Positions 61,487 through 64,000 of a stretch of 64,000 nucleotides of DNA are shown in pieces. The stretch covers positions 6,944,001 to 7,008,000 of the forward strand of contig OZ281498.1 in NCBI GenBank assembly GCA_965637545.1. Reading direction: 5' to 3'. The stretch comes from Phallusia mammillata. Its lineage: Eukaryota. Below the pieces are notes generated by a model. It saw only the letters and a list, made by a program, of their open reading frames with translations, was not told where the DNA came from and did no database searches. Every line of letters begins with the position of its first letter. Position 1 is the stretch's first letter. The position numbers and the translations under genes were made by a program.

Positions 61487-63678
61487 TTACTTGGCGACTG
61501 TGGTTATTTTTTACATGTTTGTTTTTATGTTGTCTTTTATGTATGTCGATAGTACTTGAGCTAAAGTTCCTTTTTCGCTTCATATTTGTGGCATCAACCG
61601 TAAATATTGTATAAAAGTTGCTTTACTAATTCTGATTTTTTTAACAACCAGGTTTATTCAGCAACATCGAAACCTACTTTTACAATTGCAAGATTTTTTT
61701 AGTTTGATAATATCGGCTTTTTATGATAGTCTCGTGCTTATGCAAGCTTCGTTGTTTGCCATAAATATTTACCTGGAATTTGTCGTTACCCTTTGACATA
61801 TACTTTGTATTGCCCTAAAGCTATTCGAAACAAAACACTGACCCTTAACCTTTAAAGATTAGGTTATTTGGTCCTGAAGCTATAGAAGTTTAATGCCGTG
61901 TATATTGCGTTTGTGGTGTCGTTTACCTAAAATATTAACAAACTGAATCCTTGTAGAAATTTTTTTTTGTATGTCCTTTCTGATAGTATGTTACTATAAT
62001 GTGCGTGACAACGTAAATGATTTTCATCTCTTAAAAATGTCCTACATTTTCTTTTATAGAATCCAAAATCATATCAAATTGACACCTGGTCAAAGACCTG
62101 ATCTATACGGTTGGTGTTGATAATTTCCAACCGTGTTTCTAACCTTTAGCATTGAAAAGCTGCCTCAAAGCTTTCAAAAACAGCATTTTGGAGGTTTATT
62201 GACAAAAACAGCGCACAGTATCGGTATTTTAACACTCAGCTTTGGAAAAAAAAATTTCTTTCTGCAGCAATAACAACAACCTTACATGAGACTCGAAGTA
62301 ATCGGGGTTGGTGACTCGGTTGAAATAGCTGCAAAAAACATTGAATAAATGTTTGTCACGAAGTAGTGGGAGTGGCAATAAACTGTTACGTTTGCACTTT
62401 AACGAAACCCTTCTGCATAGTATCTCAATTAACACTTTTCAAACGACTAAAAGATTTCTTTTGCAACTATTGGAAATTATTCGATTTAATTTTGCGGTAA
62501 ATGATAAAGTTAAATCAATACAACGAGATAAGAAAAGTAACCTACCTTCACAAACCGGCAGAGGACCGAATATACTGCCGTCCCCTTGACAGAATCGAAT
62601 TGGTAGAGCAAATATTGGGTGGCTGGTCGGACTTGTCTCATAACGGTAACCTGGCAGACACATGTAAGTGATAATTTCGTTGGCTCGCCATTTCGATTTG
62701 CTTTCAGGAACGATCTTAGCATTTGCAGGAACTTCAGGATTGTTGCAAATCACTTCTGCAAAAATTTACACATGATTAACGTATGTGCATTGTCATTTAC
62801 CCACATCTGCTAAGACACTTGTTAAGTAACTGTAAAACGAGTTGGAGATATTAAAGAAACGTCCGCTGCATCTTAATGTAGTGTTAAAGAGTCATTAGTT
62901 TTTTTTTCTTACCTTTGCATTTTGGGACATCTCCTAAAATGGTTCCGTCCGGTGTGCAGAAACGAGTTGAGGAACCAACAATTTGGTAGCCAGTAGTGCA
63001 CTTGTAAGTAATTAGCTCCGTGGGTTTCCAAACCGTCTTTTCTGGTGGAACAGTCATGGCGTTTGCCGGAACTTGTGGGTTGTTGCAAGTCACTGAAATG
63101 TTTGGTTGTACGAATGGCGAAGCTACTTGGTCAATCTCCACTTCTGTGAAATATACATACACTATGTTTTTACTTTCTTGTAAACATTTAGATTAAAGTT
63201 TGTCAGCATACTCATTTATTTAAATTAGCCCCAACTCTAAAATAACCACTATGTGCAGAGTTGATATTTTTGACTCACCTTTGCAAACTGGCAATTTGCC
63301 GAAAATTTTCCCGTTCGGCAGACAAAACCGTAGTGGGTGGCTGTCATGTGTGAACGTATAACCGGAGATGCACTTATACGCAATAATTTCCAGTGTCTGC
63401 CACTCCGTTTTTCCTTTGGGGTAAATCTTTGCGTTCGGTGGCACTCTCGGACTTTTACAAGTACCTGTAATGAAAGAGAACATGCCGAAATTAATCAGAG
63501 TACTTAATCGTTCTGATATACTCATCTGCGCGATTTTTGTCCATCAGGCAAATAACAGCGTTCCTGCATATCATCACCCCCCTTCAAATGAAAGAAAACG
63601 TTTCTTACCTTGTCCAATAACAAGAAGACCAAGACTAGCAAATACAAGAAAACTAAACATAGAAGTTTTGCAGTCCAT
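61487..63678 (-). CDS. Gene A: small secreted protein with three sushi/CCP domains (about 235 aa)
   Basis: Exons: 63678-63609 (MDCKTSMFSFLVFASLGLLVIGQG, signal peptide); CCP exons 63464-63279, 63143-62913, 62755-62546; tentative last coding exon 61497-61487 (VAK*). Confidence 0.75.
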
Positions 63679-64000
63679 GATGTCGTTGTTGATTTCCAAG
63701 TTTTTGTCTTCCTTAATGCGTATGTCGAAGTTGGAGTTTGATACCGAAAGTAACAGGCAGTTGTTGGTTTTATACAGAACTTGCTAATGTATATGCAAAG
63801 TATTCTTTGCTTTTGTTCCAAGCCGTTGGCCATTCGTTGAAACTCCAAGTTCTTGAGTTGTTCATTAACATGCAAAGCTTAATTTTGTGTAATGCCTGGC
63901 AGTAGTTCGTGTAACAATTTTGTTATCGCCATATAGGTAAGAGTTTTACTTTGAAAACGTGATGCCTATGTGAGTGTTAATTTTTAGAAATATACCACAA

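Overview
This is AT-rich eukaryotic (animal) genomic DNA with short spliceosomal introns. The overall style suggests an invertebrate chordate such as an ascidian, which is an inference only. The window has three blocks. (1) About 0.3-5.5 kb (+): a decayed Mutator/NOF-FB-like DNA transposon. Its once-continuous polyprotein reads PHD finger, DDE transposase, Ulp1/C48 SUMO-type protease, USP/C19 deubiquitinase, then an unknown domain. (2) About 6.7-23.3 kb (+): three tandem paralogous genes with two death domains each. The first ends in a TIR domain that keeps the NADase-type catalytic Glu; the other two have no detectable TIR. (3) About 26.9-63.7 kb (-), convergent with block 2: three tandem genes for secreted sushi/CCP proteins built from one-domain phase-1 exons. 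Gene A is signal peptide plus 3 CCP, gene B is signal peptide-CCP-EGF-EGF plus 36 more CCP, and gene D is signal peptide-CCP-EGF-EGF plus 12 more CCP. Introns and intergenic DNA carry at least 10 hAT MITEs with readable TIRs and 8-bp TSDs, a Helentron/DINE-1-like element and a small foldback-like element. All gene models were assembled by hand from GT/AG sites and reading phase, with no transcript evidence.
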